From Octopus sinensis (Eukaryota), in the NCBI RefSeq assembly GCF_006345805.1, contig NC_042997.1, forward strand, positions 199,578,001-199,642,000: a stretch of DNA of 64,000 bases. The letters are read 5' to 3'. Both the position numbers and the translations under genes were made by a program. Shown piece by piece: positions 13,165 through 23,299 of this stretch (its first letter is position 1; each line of letters begins with the position of its first letter). The notes beneath the pieces were generated by a model, which saw only the letters and a program-made list of their open reading frames with translations, was not told the origin of the DNA and searched no databases.

Positions 13165-13675
13165 GACATCCATATGCCGTTAGCCGACCTTCGCTGGACG
13201 ATACTTCAACTTCAATTCCCACCATCCATACAGTGTAATGAGGGATTGCTCACTGCCTAAAACATCGAGCAAAGAATATAAATAGCAATCGTGATCCCCA
13301 CCACGAAGAAATTATCAAGCTCAGTAACAATCTATTAAGCAACAACTACCCCAAAAACATACTATCCACTCCAATTATGAAGAAAAGAGAAGATGAAATC
13401 AATAAACTGTCGACAGTCTGTCTACGCAATGTGAAAATCTTCTCCAAAAAGATACAAAAGATATGTGGCCCATATGATATCAGGACAGTATTCAAGAGTA
13501 ATACAACACTTTGCAAATATCTCCGAGTAAAACCACCAATAGAAGAGAATATGACCAAAAACTGTGTGTATTCCATCCCATGCAGCTGTGGTAGGTTATA
13601 CAAAGACGAAACATGCCGCTCCCTCAAAATATTGATAGACGAACATCGCAAAGCTGTGACACGAGGAGATATTGA
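13165..13675 (+). pseudogene. Penelope-like element remnant (RT C-terminus + GIY-YIG endonuclease)
   Basis: PTFAGRYFNFNSHHPYSV...LKHRAKNI (PLE RT C-terminal motif) is followed by NCVYSIPCSCGRLYKDETCRSLKILIDEH (GIY-YIG with CxC, ORF 13377-13691). Confidence 0.85.
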
Positions 13676-15569
13676 AGTGTATTTGTATTAGTATGATTGA
13701 GATTTCTTCTGTAATGACTGACTGGGTGTTATTAGCACCATTATGGTAATCTTAATAGTAAGAATTAGCAAATATTACAATGAAATTTATAATTCTGCTC
13801 AACTATAGCAACACCACTTGTTTAAACCTAAGACTCTTATAAAGCCCAATATTTCAAAGCATTGGCCATAAAGTAGAGTGAATTCACTGGCAGATCAATA
13901 TTGGTAGAGAATACTAGAATTTGAGACTTATAAATAAGTCAGAGTTCTTCAAAGTAAACTACATTTACACTAATTACAACTCATGAAGTCAAGGAAATAT
14001 TTTTAAACCAATCACATAATCAATTTAGGTAAAATAAGAAAAACAAATAAACACACACACACACCAGTTTTGGTTTAGTTGATTCCAAACTTCATGAAAG
14101 AGGAGAAAATAGTGTAATCTTAAATAGACAAGTATAGTTGCTGGAAGTCTTCTTTCAATCATTGCTATTAGTTAATGGTCTTTAGTATTGAATAGAAATC
14201 AGGCAATAAACATTTGTTGATTAAATTTCATGTAGAACTCAATCTGTACAGTAGAAATAAGAAATCTCAAAGTAAAAACAAATATGCAACAAGAACCAAT
14301 TACTGCTCTGTCTAAAACTATATCCTCAGGTAAGAGGGGAAACAGATTTTGAAAAGAAGGAGTGTTGCTGAATGACTTCTTTAGAGGGAGGTAAAGAGAT
14401 GGAGGAGAGTTACTTTGAAGATGAAATCAAGAGTTTGTTATTTACCAATGGTTTTGTGTGTTTTGAGGGATATTTTTTTTGTATCTTGGACAAAAAGTTC
14501 TGACACTTTTTATTCTTCATGGCAACAAAATCTACATTTCCTGTGAATTTTGTTACTCTTCCTGCCAATACAAATCATCACCGATTCCCTCAGATTCTGA
14601 ATTGTCTTCACCCATAAAAGATGAAAGGAAGAAAAGGGAAGAAAAAAAAAGGAAGGAATGAAGGGGTGATAGACAGACAGACAGACATAGAGAGATAGAT
14701 GGGTAGGTAGACATAGATAAATAGATGGACACACAGACAAATGGCATGTAGATAGACAGACAAATGGATAAGTAGATAAAGAGACAGACAAATAGATACA
14801 CAGATAAATACTTGTCTAAATGGATGGATGGGTGGGTGGGTAGGTAGACAGATATGTGTATAGCTGGAATTTTTGTTTGTAGGGTAAGAAAAGGAAAATA
14901 TTCAAGTAGCCTTAGCTTGTGATTTGAATTCAGTTAGAAAAGTGGATGACATGATGGAGAACTTCAGTACAGAAATGGGTAGTCGTGTTGATATGAAAAG
15001 GAAAATAATAGCAAGTGAGAAATTAAAACAAATATGAAAGCAGCAGCAGTGGTAGTAGTTACAGCACTAAATATGAGAAATGAGAGTAAGTGACAGTTTC
15101 AGAACTGCATAAGTCACTTGAGGTTTTAATTACTGGCATGAAATTTGTTGAACTTGAAATCAAAATTAGAAAGTAGTATAAATCATCTTAAAGATTTAAT
15201 GATTAAAAACATCCTCTGAGATCACTGTATCTTGTACCAGAGCCTTATATGATGTGCACAAATAAGACAAAGAGTCAAATGTTGAGGGGAGGAGATCAGT
15301 TGAATACTAGATGCAAAGTAAACATTAGATACACATTGTGTTTTCAGAGCAAATATAAGAGCTTGGGTCTGAGCCAAAATATCAGATATTGATGCTGTAC
15401 TCATGGCATAATCTAAAGCAGTAACTTCCAAGTAGACATGCCAGTCGTTAGAATGCTGGCTCATCTAATGTAATAGAGTTAAAAGACATACGTGTAGTCA
15501 TAGCATCCAAGTCTTCCTCATATCACTACCTATCATTATTTAACTCAACTGAATAATGTAGTTCATAAT

Positions 15570-15790
15570 ATCATCATCATCATTTAACATCCGTTTTCCA
15601 TGCTAGCATGGGTTGGATGGTTTGACAGAAGCTGGTAAAGCGAGGAGCTACACCAGGTTCGATTGTCTGCTCTGGCATAGATTCTACATCTGGATGCCCT
15701 TCCTCATGCCAACGACCTTTACAGAGTGTACAGGGTGCTTTTTATGAGGCATCTGCACCAGTACTTTTTATGAGGCACAAGCACCATATT
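15570..15790 (-). mobile_element. RTE-clade LINE 3'-UTR fragment (family C)
   Basis: (CAT)n-TTAACATCCGTTTTCCATGCTAGCATGGGTTGG... is the reverse complement of the family-C tail. Confidence 0.7.
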
Positions 15791-16062
15791 ATTGTAGGAA
15801 GCAAAACAGGGCAGTCACAACTGCAAAGCATTTTTACTACTGTACTTGCTTACATATAAGACACACACTTGCATAAAATACACTATTTTACAAACATATT
15901 TTGTGGAGAAAAAGCAAATTTGGTATGTTTCATCATACACTTACTGAAAGATATTTTAAAGAAGTTTTACAGAGTAAAATGTTTGATTCTCTGCATGTGA
16001 ATACAATGCTGAAACAGTTTACTGGAATAAAGTATGAAACCATAAATTTATTATTCATAAAT

Positions 16063-16278
16063 TGTTGTTAGTTGTCGGAGCACTGCATCCTTCAAAACTT
16101 CCATGCTTCCTGAGATTCGCCAACACTACAGCTGATTTTCTCTCCTCCATGCACACGCAAGCATGTATCTGACTCATACACTGTTCTCTTCCCAGACTGC
16201 ATATGCTTTATATGCACTGTCTGACAAGTTGTGGTGCACCTGAGCACTGTATACAATAATTTCATCATTATTATTTTT
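16063..16278 (+). mobile_element. CR1-type LINE 3'-end fragment directly upstream of the full-length copy
   Basis: Matches the ORF2 C-terminus (CACTGCATCCTTCAAAACTTCCATGCTTCCTGAG), the long UTR, the hairpin and an (ATT) tail. Confidence 0.85.
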
Positions 16279-16697
16279 TAAAAGTTGAGGGTAAAAGAAA
16301 ACGTTGAACGACAGTAAGTACGTCCAAAATTTATAAAGCAGTGACATACATACATAGATACTTGTAGCACACATATATATACGTGCAGAGTGAAAATAAG
16401 TCACACTATTTAATGTGACGGACTACACTGCAAAAGAAATCAAAAAATCACTGATTTCATTTCTGTTTACAAACTTTCTCCGTGTCTACACTAAACATAC
16501 GCACAAATCCTTTTATATATACACACGCAATATTTAAGAAAAAAAGGAATATACACAAAAAAGAACGAAACATGTGTATATATACACACGCAATATTTAA
16601 GAACAAAAGGAATATACACAAAAAAATAACGAATTAAAAACAAATATTTTATATTTTACTTTTATCGTATTGTTGTTTACATTTTCTGTCTCTACGG

Positions 16698-17849
16698 ATG
16701 ACCAGAACCAACAGAATCGCCATGGTGGAATCCATAGCGGCGTGCGATAAGACTGGTCGCTGCTCCAAAATAGAACACTGCCCAGAAAATCACACCTGCC
16801 ACATCTGTACGGAACCCGAAAATACGTTCCGTAATCGCTGGGTCGAATGTGGGACATGCCTCATCTCTGTCTGCCTCCAATGTGCCACGGATTTTCAGAA
16901 GATCCCAGGCCAAAAAAAGAGCCATCATAATGCTATGATGGATAGACTCTGGAAGATGGTTCAGCTTAAATCTTGGACTTTTCAGTGTCAGGCCTGCGTG
17001 CCTCCACAACCGACGATTGTGTCTCCCCCTGCCACTCCCGTGGAGGAGGCGGAACAGCAACAGCAGCAACAACAAAATCAACCACAACTAGAGCAGCAGC
17101 AGCAGCAACAACAACAACAGCAGCAACAACAAAATCAACCACAACCAGAGCAGCAGCAACAACATCAACAACAACAGCAGCAACAACAAAATCAACCACA
17201 ACCAGAGCAGCAGCAGCAACAACAACAACACCAATTGACCAGTGCGGTTCTTGCAGAACTGCAACAATCGATCTGTGCTTTAAGAGGGGAAGTAGCAGGA
17301 ATAAAAGCAAGCATTCAGGTTGGACTCCACAATGAGGGGTCTTATCGGAATGCTCTGCTAAAGAACCTCCCTGTACCTGTACCTCTTGTCGCATCTAAGA
17401 CCGAGGATTCTGCTACCCATGAAGTCATTGCCATTGGGGTGCCTGAAGACATGGCTGATCTTCAGGCATTTGCTGCCAACTCAGCCAAAGACCTAGGCTG
17501 CGTTCCCCCAACGGGTGCTATCCGCCTTGGACGGCCTGGCCCAAAACCTAGGCTCATCAAGCTGTCTTTTTCGGACCACACTGAGGCAACCTCTTACCAT
17601 CTGGCCTCAGTTAAAGCTGGGCGTGAAAATCGGACCACCTTCCGAACACGCCCAGGCTTACCGTCCGATCTACGTGTAGCGGCTTCCCTGAATAGGAACT
17701 CAGCTCTACAGGAAAGCTTCAGTCTTCGGGAAGATGGACAAATCTGGAGATTTGTCAAGACTGATGAAACGTGGAAGAGAGATACCAGCTGGTCTGAGTG
17801 CTCTCTACCCACAATAACTAAAAAGACTACAGCAACTCAGGGAAACTAA
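16698..17849 (+). CDS. LINE ORF1 protein (PHD-like Zn finger, polyQ repeat, coiled coil, RRM-like region)
   Basis: Intact 383-aa ORF containing CHIC..CGTC..CLQC..CQAC, (Q)nNQPQ(L/P)E x3, the heptad VLAELQQSICALRGEVAGIKASI, and EVIAIGVPE / IRLGRPGPKPRLIKLSF typical of CR1/L2 ORF1. A second ATG in a strong Kozak context (GCCATGG) lies at 16722. Confidence 0.88.
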   Translation: MTRTNRIAMVESIAACDKTGRCSKIEHCPENHTCHICTEPENTFRNRWVECGTCLISVCLQCATDFQKIPGQKKSHHNAMMDRLWKMVQLKSWTFQCQACVPPQPTIVSPPATPVEEAEQQQQQQQNQPQLEQQQQQQQQQQQQQNQPQPEQQQQHQQQQQQQQNQPQPEQQQQQQQHQLTSAVLAELQQSICALRGEVAGIKASIQVGLHNEGSYRNALLKNLPVPVPLVASKTEDSATHEVIAIGVPEDMADLQAFAANSAKDLGCVPPTGAIRLGRPGPKPRLIKLSFSDHTEATSYHLASVKAGRENRTTFRTRPGLPSDLRVAASLNRNSALQESFSLREDGQIWRFVKTDETWKRDTSWSECSLPTITKKTTATQGN

Positions 17850-19270
17850 GCCAGGACAATCTGCCATCCTCCACACACCATCATAAACTGCGAGCAGGGT
17901 ACAAATTGTTGTCCTTAAATGCTCGCAGTTTATGCAACAAAATACATTTGTTCAACGCCTACGTCAGAAGTGTTGACCCTGACTTCATCACTGTCACGGA
18001 AACATGGGCGCATTCCTTACTCTGTGATGGGGTTTTCAACATCACGGGGTACAACCTCTTCCGTAAGGACCGCACTAACCGCCATGGTGGTGGTGTGATG
18101 GTCTACGTTCGTTCAAATTTTTTGGTAATTCCTTGTGCCGATTTGAACGAATCACAAGAAGAAGTTTTTTTCTGTGACGTACGTATGACCATGTCAACAC
18201 TCCTGCTTGGCGTTGTTTATCGTCCCCCAAATTACCATCAGGACACACAGCTTGGCAACATCCTCCGAGCTGCAGCCAGGAAAACAGCCACTTATGTGTT
18301 TATTGCAGGCGATTTCAATTATCCTGAGATTGATTGGGAAACCTTCCGTTGGTCACAGAGTGCAAACGATTTTGTTGAGCTTGTGCTGGACTCAAACTGG
18401 TCACAAGTAGTCACCTCTCCAACAAGAGGCGACAACACCTTGGACCTGCTCTTCACCACAACTCCTGAAGCAGTTATCAATTGCACTACGGAGGAAACTC
18501 TAGGTGACTCTGATCATGCTATGATCATCGCCAATCTGGCTCTTGCGGGCAACAAACACCTGAACCATCTCCAATCTGCTTCCTTCGATTGGAAGAGAGC
18601 AGATTGGAACCTGTACCACACTGAACTACAGCACCCAAACTGGCGTGAATTCTACAACTCTGGAGATGTGAATACTATACTCCAGAGTATCCTGGACTCA
18701 ATATGGGCAGCATGTGCAGCATCAGTGCCACGTAAACAAAAAAAGAAGAACCGCCCCAAAAGGGCAATTTGGGAAACTTCAGCGGTCCGACTTGCCAGGA
18801 AGGAACGTCGGACTGCTGAACAGGAATACAAGTTGCATAAATCAGACACCAACAGGAAGAAGCGGAATAAATCCTCCAACCATCTCAAGCAAGTGACAAA
18901 AAATGCAGTGCTTGAATTTGAACAGTGCATAGCAGCCAATCCTGACAGCAAGGTTTTCTGGAAATATGTGCATTCAAAGCAGAGACCTCACTCTCCAGTG
19001 GGCCCTCTTCGCAACCCTCACACGAACCAGATCACTGACGACCCCAAGGAATGCGCAGAACTCATTGCCGAGTGCTATGCAAACATATTCACTGTCGAAA
19101 GTCAAAATGTACCATCTTCACCATCACTAACAGCAAACTCCATAACAACTATGGAATTTACACCTGCAATGCTGCGACGTCACCTTCAAAATAAGCACAA
19201 CTATGCCTCCCCTGGTCTCGATGGAGTTACATACCTGCTTCTCAAATGTGGCAGGCACTTCCTTTTACAT
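17840..19270 (+). CDS. LINE ORF2 N-terminal part: APE endonuclease + linker (no ATG before 18098)
   Basis: Frame is open from 17822. Motifs LNARSL, VTETW, YRPP, GDFN, LDLL, SDH, FWKYV and SPGLDG are present. The ORF track starts it at TTG 17906. Confidence 0.88.
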
Positions 19271-20670
19271 TGCTTTCTATTTTCTTCCAGTACTGTCTCA
19301 ACAATGGCGCTACTCCGGAGCAGTGGAAAACTGCCAGTGTCATTCCTCTGTTCAAAAAGGGTGACCGCACATCACCTGTCAACTATCGCCCAGTCAGTCT
19401 CACTAGCTGTATTGCAAAACTGATGGAATCGTGTGTCAGAGAAACACTCTGGAACTTCTGGAGCTCTCACAGTCTCATCCGACCCTCACAATATGGATTT
19501 GTCCCTAACTCCAGCTGCAGTGACCAGCTTGTCGAGTTCCTTGAGGACATTACTCAGATCACTGACAGTGGCTCATGGGTGGATGTTGTCTACCTTGACT
19601 TTGCTAAGGCTTTCAACTCTGTGCCACACAAAAGGCTTATGGTGAAACTCTCTGCAATGGGTGTGGGGGATGACCTTTTTAACTGGTTGAAATCCTTCAT
19701 CCTCAGCCGAAAGGAGGTAGTCACAGTTCTAGGACAGCACTCTACACCATATGAGATGTCATCGGGTGTACCACAGGGATCTGTCCTTGGTCCCCTCCTG
19801 TTTGTGGCATACATTAATGACATAGATGCCAATTTAAAGAATGCCACAGTATTGAAATATGCAGATGACATCAAGCTGTACCTTGAAATCAAGAGGACTG
19901 ATCCTGATGTCTACAGCTCTTTCCTGCAATCAGACCTAGACACAATGCAGCAATGGATCACAGACTGGCAACTGAAACTGGCTGTGGACAAGTGTACCAC
20001 CATGCATTTTGGGAGAAAAAACCCTGCGTCCACATACTCCCTCCACAACACTGATATCAAGAAATCCTCTTGCGAGCGTGACTTAGGCATCACTGTCAGC
20101 AGTGATTTGCGTTGGACAAAGCATATCTCTAAAATTGTCAAGAAGGCCGAGGGTGTCTTGGCATCACTCAGCAAGACTTTTGTTAGCCGCTCTCCAGCCA
20201 TCTATTTAAAACTGTATACAGCTATGGTACGACCACACTTGGAATTCGCATCATCAGTTTGGAATCCCTATCTTGCTCAGAACATTGACCTCCTGGAATC
20301 TGTCCAGAGACGTGCAACCAAACGCATACCCTCCATCAGACACCTACCATATTCTGAGCGCCTTGTTTCCCTGGGCATGGATTCACTGAAGCTCCGGCGT
20401 CTGGCGACGGACTTGGTAAACACCCACAAGGTTATCAACCACCTCACCAACAACAACACTGAACACCTTTTTGATCTCCATGTGTCTAACACACGTGAAC
20501 ATGCCTACAAAATCAGAAAACAGCACAGCTCCCATGACTTTCGGAAACATTTTTTCACGCTCAGGGTTGCTGAAGCGTGGAATAAACTGCCTGCATCAGT
20601 TGTTGACTGCCATGACACTGCATCCTTTAAGGCCCTCATGCTTCCCGAAATCCATCGAAAATACACCTGA
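19270..20670 (+). CDS. LINE ORF2 C-terminal part: reverse transcriptase (after 1-nt frameshift)
   Basis: WKTASVIPLFKKG, NYRPVSL, QYGF, YLDFAKAF, SGVPQGSVLGPLLF, YADD (19858-19869), ERDLGI and the CR1-type C-terminus FFTLRVAEAWNKLP. Confidence 0.93.
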   Translation: MLSIFFQYCLNNGATPEQWKTASVIPLFKKGDRTSPVNYRPVSLTSCIAKLMESCVRETLWNFWSSHSLIRPSQYGFVPNSSCSDQLVEFLEDITQITDSGSWVDVVYLDFAKAFNSVPHKRLMVKLSAMGVGDDLFNWLKSFILSRKEVVTVLGQHSTPYEMSSGVPQGSVLGPLLFVAYINDIDANLKNATVLKYADDIKLYLEIKRTDPDVYSSFLQSDLDTMQQWITDWQLKLAVDKCTTMHFGRKNPASTYSLHNTDIKKSSCERDLGITVSSDLRWTKHISKIVKKAEGVLASLSKTFVSRSPAIYLKLYTAMVRPHLEFASSVWNPYLAQNIDLLESVQRRATKRIPSIRHLPYSERLVSLGMDSLKLRRLATDLVNTHKVINHLTNNNTEHLFDLHVSNTREHAYKIRKQHSSHDFRKHFFTLRVAEAWNKLPASVVDCHDTASFKALMLPEIHRKYT

Positions 20671-20693
20671 TTATATATACACTTTAGATGAGT

Positions 20694-20740
20694 TGTAGTG
20701 CACCTGAGCACTGTACACAATTATTATTATTATTATTATT
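20694..20740 (+). other. LINE 3' terminal stem-loop and (ATT)n tail
   Basis: TGTAGTGC-ACCTGA-GCACTGTA followed by (ATT)7. The hairpin is conserved in seven other copies in the window. Confidence 0.8.
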
Positions 20741-21124
20741 AAACATTGAGAACTGTATTTTAACTTTATCTTCTTTCAGATCAACTGCATATTTTATATT
20801 TTGGTCGAAAGAACTGCCATATAAGATGTGAAACTAGTAATTTTAGATCTGATAAACCTTGTTACCATGTCTGGCCACCAAAGTGAAGAACCATTGCTCT
20901 CATTTTGTTGTTGTCCATTAATGAAAACAGCTGACAGATGGATGAAAGTGTATATTTCATCTGTCTTGGAGAATTTTCATTTACATAATTAAAAAAATGT
21001 TTATTAGCAGTAAACGAGTCATTAGATAATGTAAGAAACATATTAGATGTGGGTTATGTATGCTGGGAAAGAAGGTATAATCAGATGATATGACTTCTCA
21101 CATAACTGCCAACAAACTGTAGAT

Positions 21125-21604
21125 CAGGGGTCACCAAACTTTTTCTACCATTGACCCTCTTTAGCCACTTCTGCATTTACCACCCTCCTCATTTAAAATA
21201 TCTTAATACCCTACCTTACCATACCATACCTTAAATGCATACTAGGTACTGACGTTAGCAATTAAAATGTTAGTTAGAATATACATGTATGACAAATTAA
21301 GACATTCTATTGAAGATGACACACTTCTTACATTTTAAAACTACATGTACAACTATACAGTATTAAACTTTCAATTTATACGAAATTGTTTTCACAGTCA
21401 GAAAATGTGAAAAACGCATCAAATTGCTGAATATCTTTTATTGAAACTGACAACATCAATGTGAAGGATGGCCATGGCACTGACTAAGTATTTCAAGCAG
21501 TTCATCTAGGTGACCTGGTCTTTCCCACGCGGACCCCCATTTGACCCCTTGACTATCATCAACCTCTAAGGGGTCCCTCAGACCCCCTTTGGTGACCTCT
21601 TCTG
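21125..21604. mobile_element. hAT-like MITE
   Basis: Left end CAGGGGTCACCAAAC, right end TTTGGTGACCTCT, with subterminal GACCCC motifs. No clear TSD. Confidence 0.55.
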
Positions 21605-21892
21605 TAGAAGACCATTTTAAAGCTTGCACTAATGGATTGTGATATTTTGGCTTGTTTTTCCTCATCTTCAACACACAGTCTCCCATCTGTAATAGTCACA
21701 TTAGATGCAAAGTAATTTTTTTTTATACATTTAAAGAAAAAAGAAAAACAGCACATCTTATACACCAGCAAATAAAGTATATACAGATCACTATAATCAA
21801 TATTTACCTGTATAAACAACTACACATATGTGGTAGACACCCACACGATTATCTGCCATCTTTCCAACAAGAACGTTGGGCAATGCTTTGAA

Positions 21893-22228
21893 TTCTATGT
21901 CTAACACTCATGGACATGCTTACAAAATCAGAAAACAACACAACACCCATGAATTTTGTAAACATTTTTTATATGCTCAGAATTGCTAAAGCATGGAATA
22001 AACTACCTGCATCAGTAGTTGGCTGTCAAGCCACTACATCCATCAAAACTTCCATGCTTCCTGAAATTTACCAACAGTACACCCCCCACCCCTTATTTTA
22101 ACAACTCATTCACTGTTCACTTCCTGTACATTGTTCTATGTATTGTTGATGCACTTATGGATACTATTTCTGATGAATTTTTAGTACACCTGAGTACTGT
22201 AGACAATAATTTCATTAATATTATATTT
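21893..22228 (+). mobile_element. Older CR1-type LINE 3'-end fragment
   Basis: Aligns to 20480-20740 (SNTHGHAYKIRKQH...RIAKAWNKLPASVV). The hairpin variant is AGTAC-ACCTGA-GTACT. Confidence 0.85.
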
Positions 22229-22290
22229 TCAAATGAACACAATTGCTGTACTGAAGAAGACACACAACAGGATTGAGGCCCTAAACCCAT

Positions 22291-23299
22291 GGTGCCATAT
22301 AAAAAGCATTTCCACGGGTGTTGGGGCCACATAAAAAGCATTGGTGTTGGTGCCACATAAAAAGCATTGGTGTTGGTGCCACATAAAGAGCATTAGTGTT
22401 GGGGCCACATAAAAAGCATTGGTGTTGGGGCCACATAAAGAGCATTAGTGTTGGGGCCACATAAAAAGCATTGGTGTTGGGGCCACATAAAAAGCATTGG
22501 TGTTGGGGCCACATAAAGAGCATTAGTGTTGGTGCCACATAAAGAGCATTGGTGTTGGTGCCACATAAAAAGCATTGGTGTTGGGGCCACATAAAAAGCA
22601 TTGGTGTTGGGGCCACATAAAGAGCATTAGTGTTGGGGCCACATAAAAAGCATTGGTGTTGGGGCCACATAAAAAGCATTGGTGTTGGGGCCACATAAAG
22701 AGCATTAGTGTTGGTGCCACATAAAAAGCATTGGTGTTGGGGCCACATAAAAAGCATTGGTGTTGGGGCCACATAAAGAGCATTAGTGTTGGGGCCACAT
22801 AAAAAGCATTGGTGTTGGTGCCACATAAAAAGCATTGGTGTTGGTGCCACATAAAGAGCATTAGTGTTGGGGCCACATAAAAAGCATTGGTGTTGGGGCC
22901 ACATAAAGAGCATTAGTGTTGGGGCCACATAAAAAGCATTGGTGTTGGGGCCACATAAAGAGCATTAGTGTTGGGGCCACATAAAGAGCATTAGTGTTGG
23001 GGCCACATAAAAAGCATTGGTGTTGGGGCCACATAAAGAGCATTAGTGTTGGGGCCACATAAAAAGCATTGGTGTTGGTGCCACATAAAAAGCATTGGTG
23101 TTGGGGCCACATAAAAAGCATTGGTGTTGGGGCCACATAAAGAGCATTAGTGTTGGTGCCACATAAAAAGCATTGGTGTTGGTGCCACATAAAAAGCATT
23201 GGTGTTGGTGCCACATAAAGAGCATTGGTGTTGGTACCACATAAAAAGAATTGGTGTTGGTGCCACGCAAAAAGCACTGGTGATGGTGTTACATAAAAG
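22291..23299 (+). repeat. 26-bp minisatellite, ~38 copies (GGKGCCACATAAARAGCATTRGTGTT)
   Basis: Direct tandem units with no spacers. The array runs into the family-C RTE 3' UTR at 23290-23463. Confidence 0.95.

Larger units (their letters stand above)
16280..20740 (+). mobile_element. Apparently full-length, young CR1-clade non-LTR retrotransposon
   Basis: CpG-containing 5' UTR with a 63-bp tandem repeat, ORF1, APE-RT ORF2, short 3' UTR with a hairpin and an (ATT)7 tail. GC content is clearly higher than in the flanks. The 5' boundary is approximate. Confidence 0.9.

Noticed and set aside
19255-19280. Second programmed frameshift inside ORF2
   Set aside because: There is no X XXY YYZ heptamer in frame. 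A single missing T explains the shift, and it falls in a normally continuous RT region.
16692-20720. Antisense and alternate-frame ORFs within the LINE (poly-V/A/T, 60-142 aa)
   Set aside because: These are shadows of the CAG/CAA repeat and of the GC-richer coding sequence, with no motifs.
16279-20750. Target-site duplication of the LINE (AAAAGTTGAG vs AAACATTGAG)
   Set aside because: There are two mismatches in 10 nt, the 5' boundary is uncertain, and the position is inconsistent with a clean TSD.
22291-23299. CRISPR-like array or repetitive protein ORFs (MAPTPMLFMWPQHQCFLC...)
   Set aside because: Units are contiguous with no unique spacers, there are no cas genes, and the context is eukaryotic. 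The ORFs are by-products of a 26-bp repeat.
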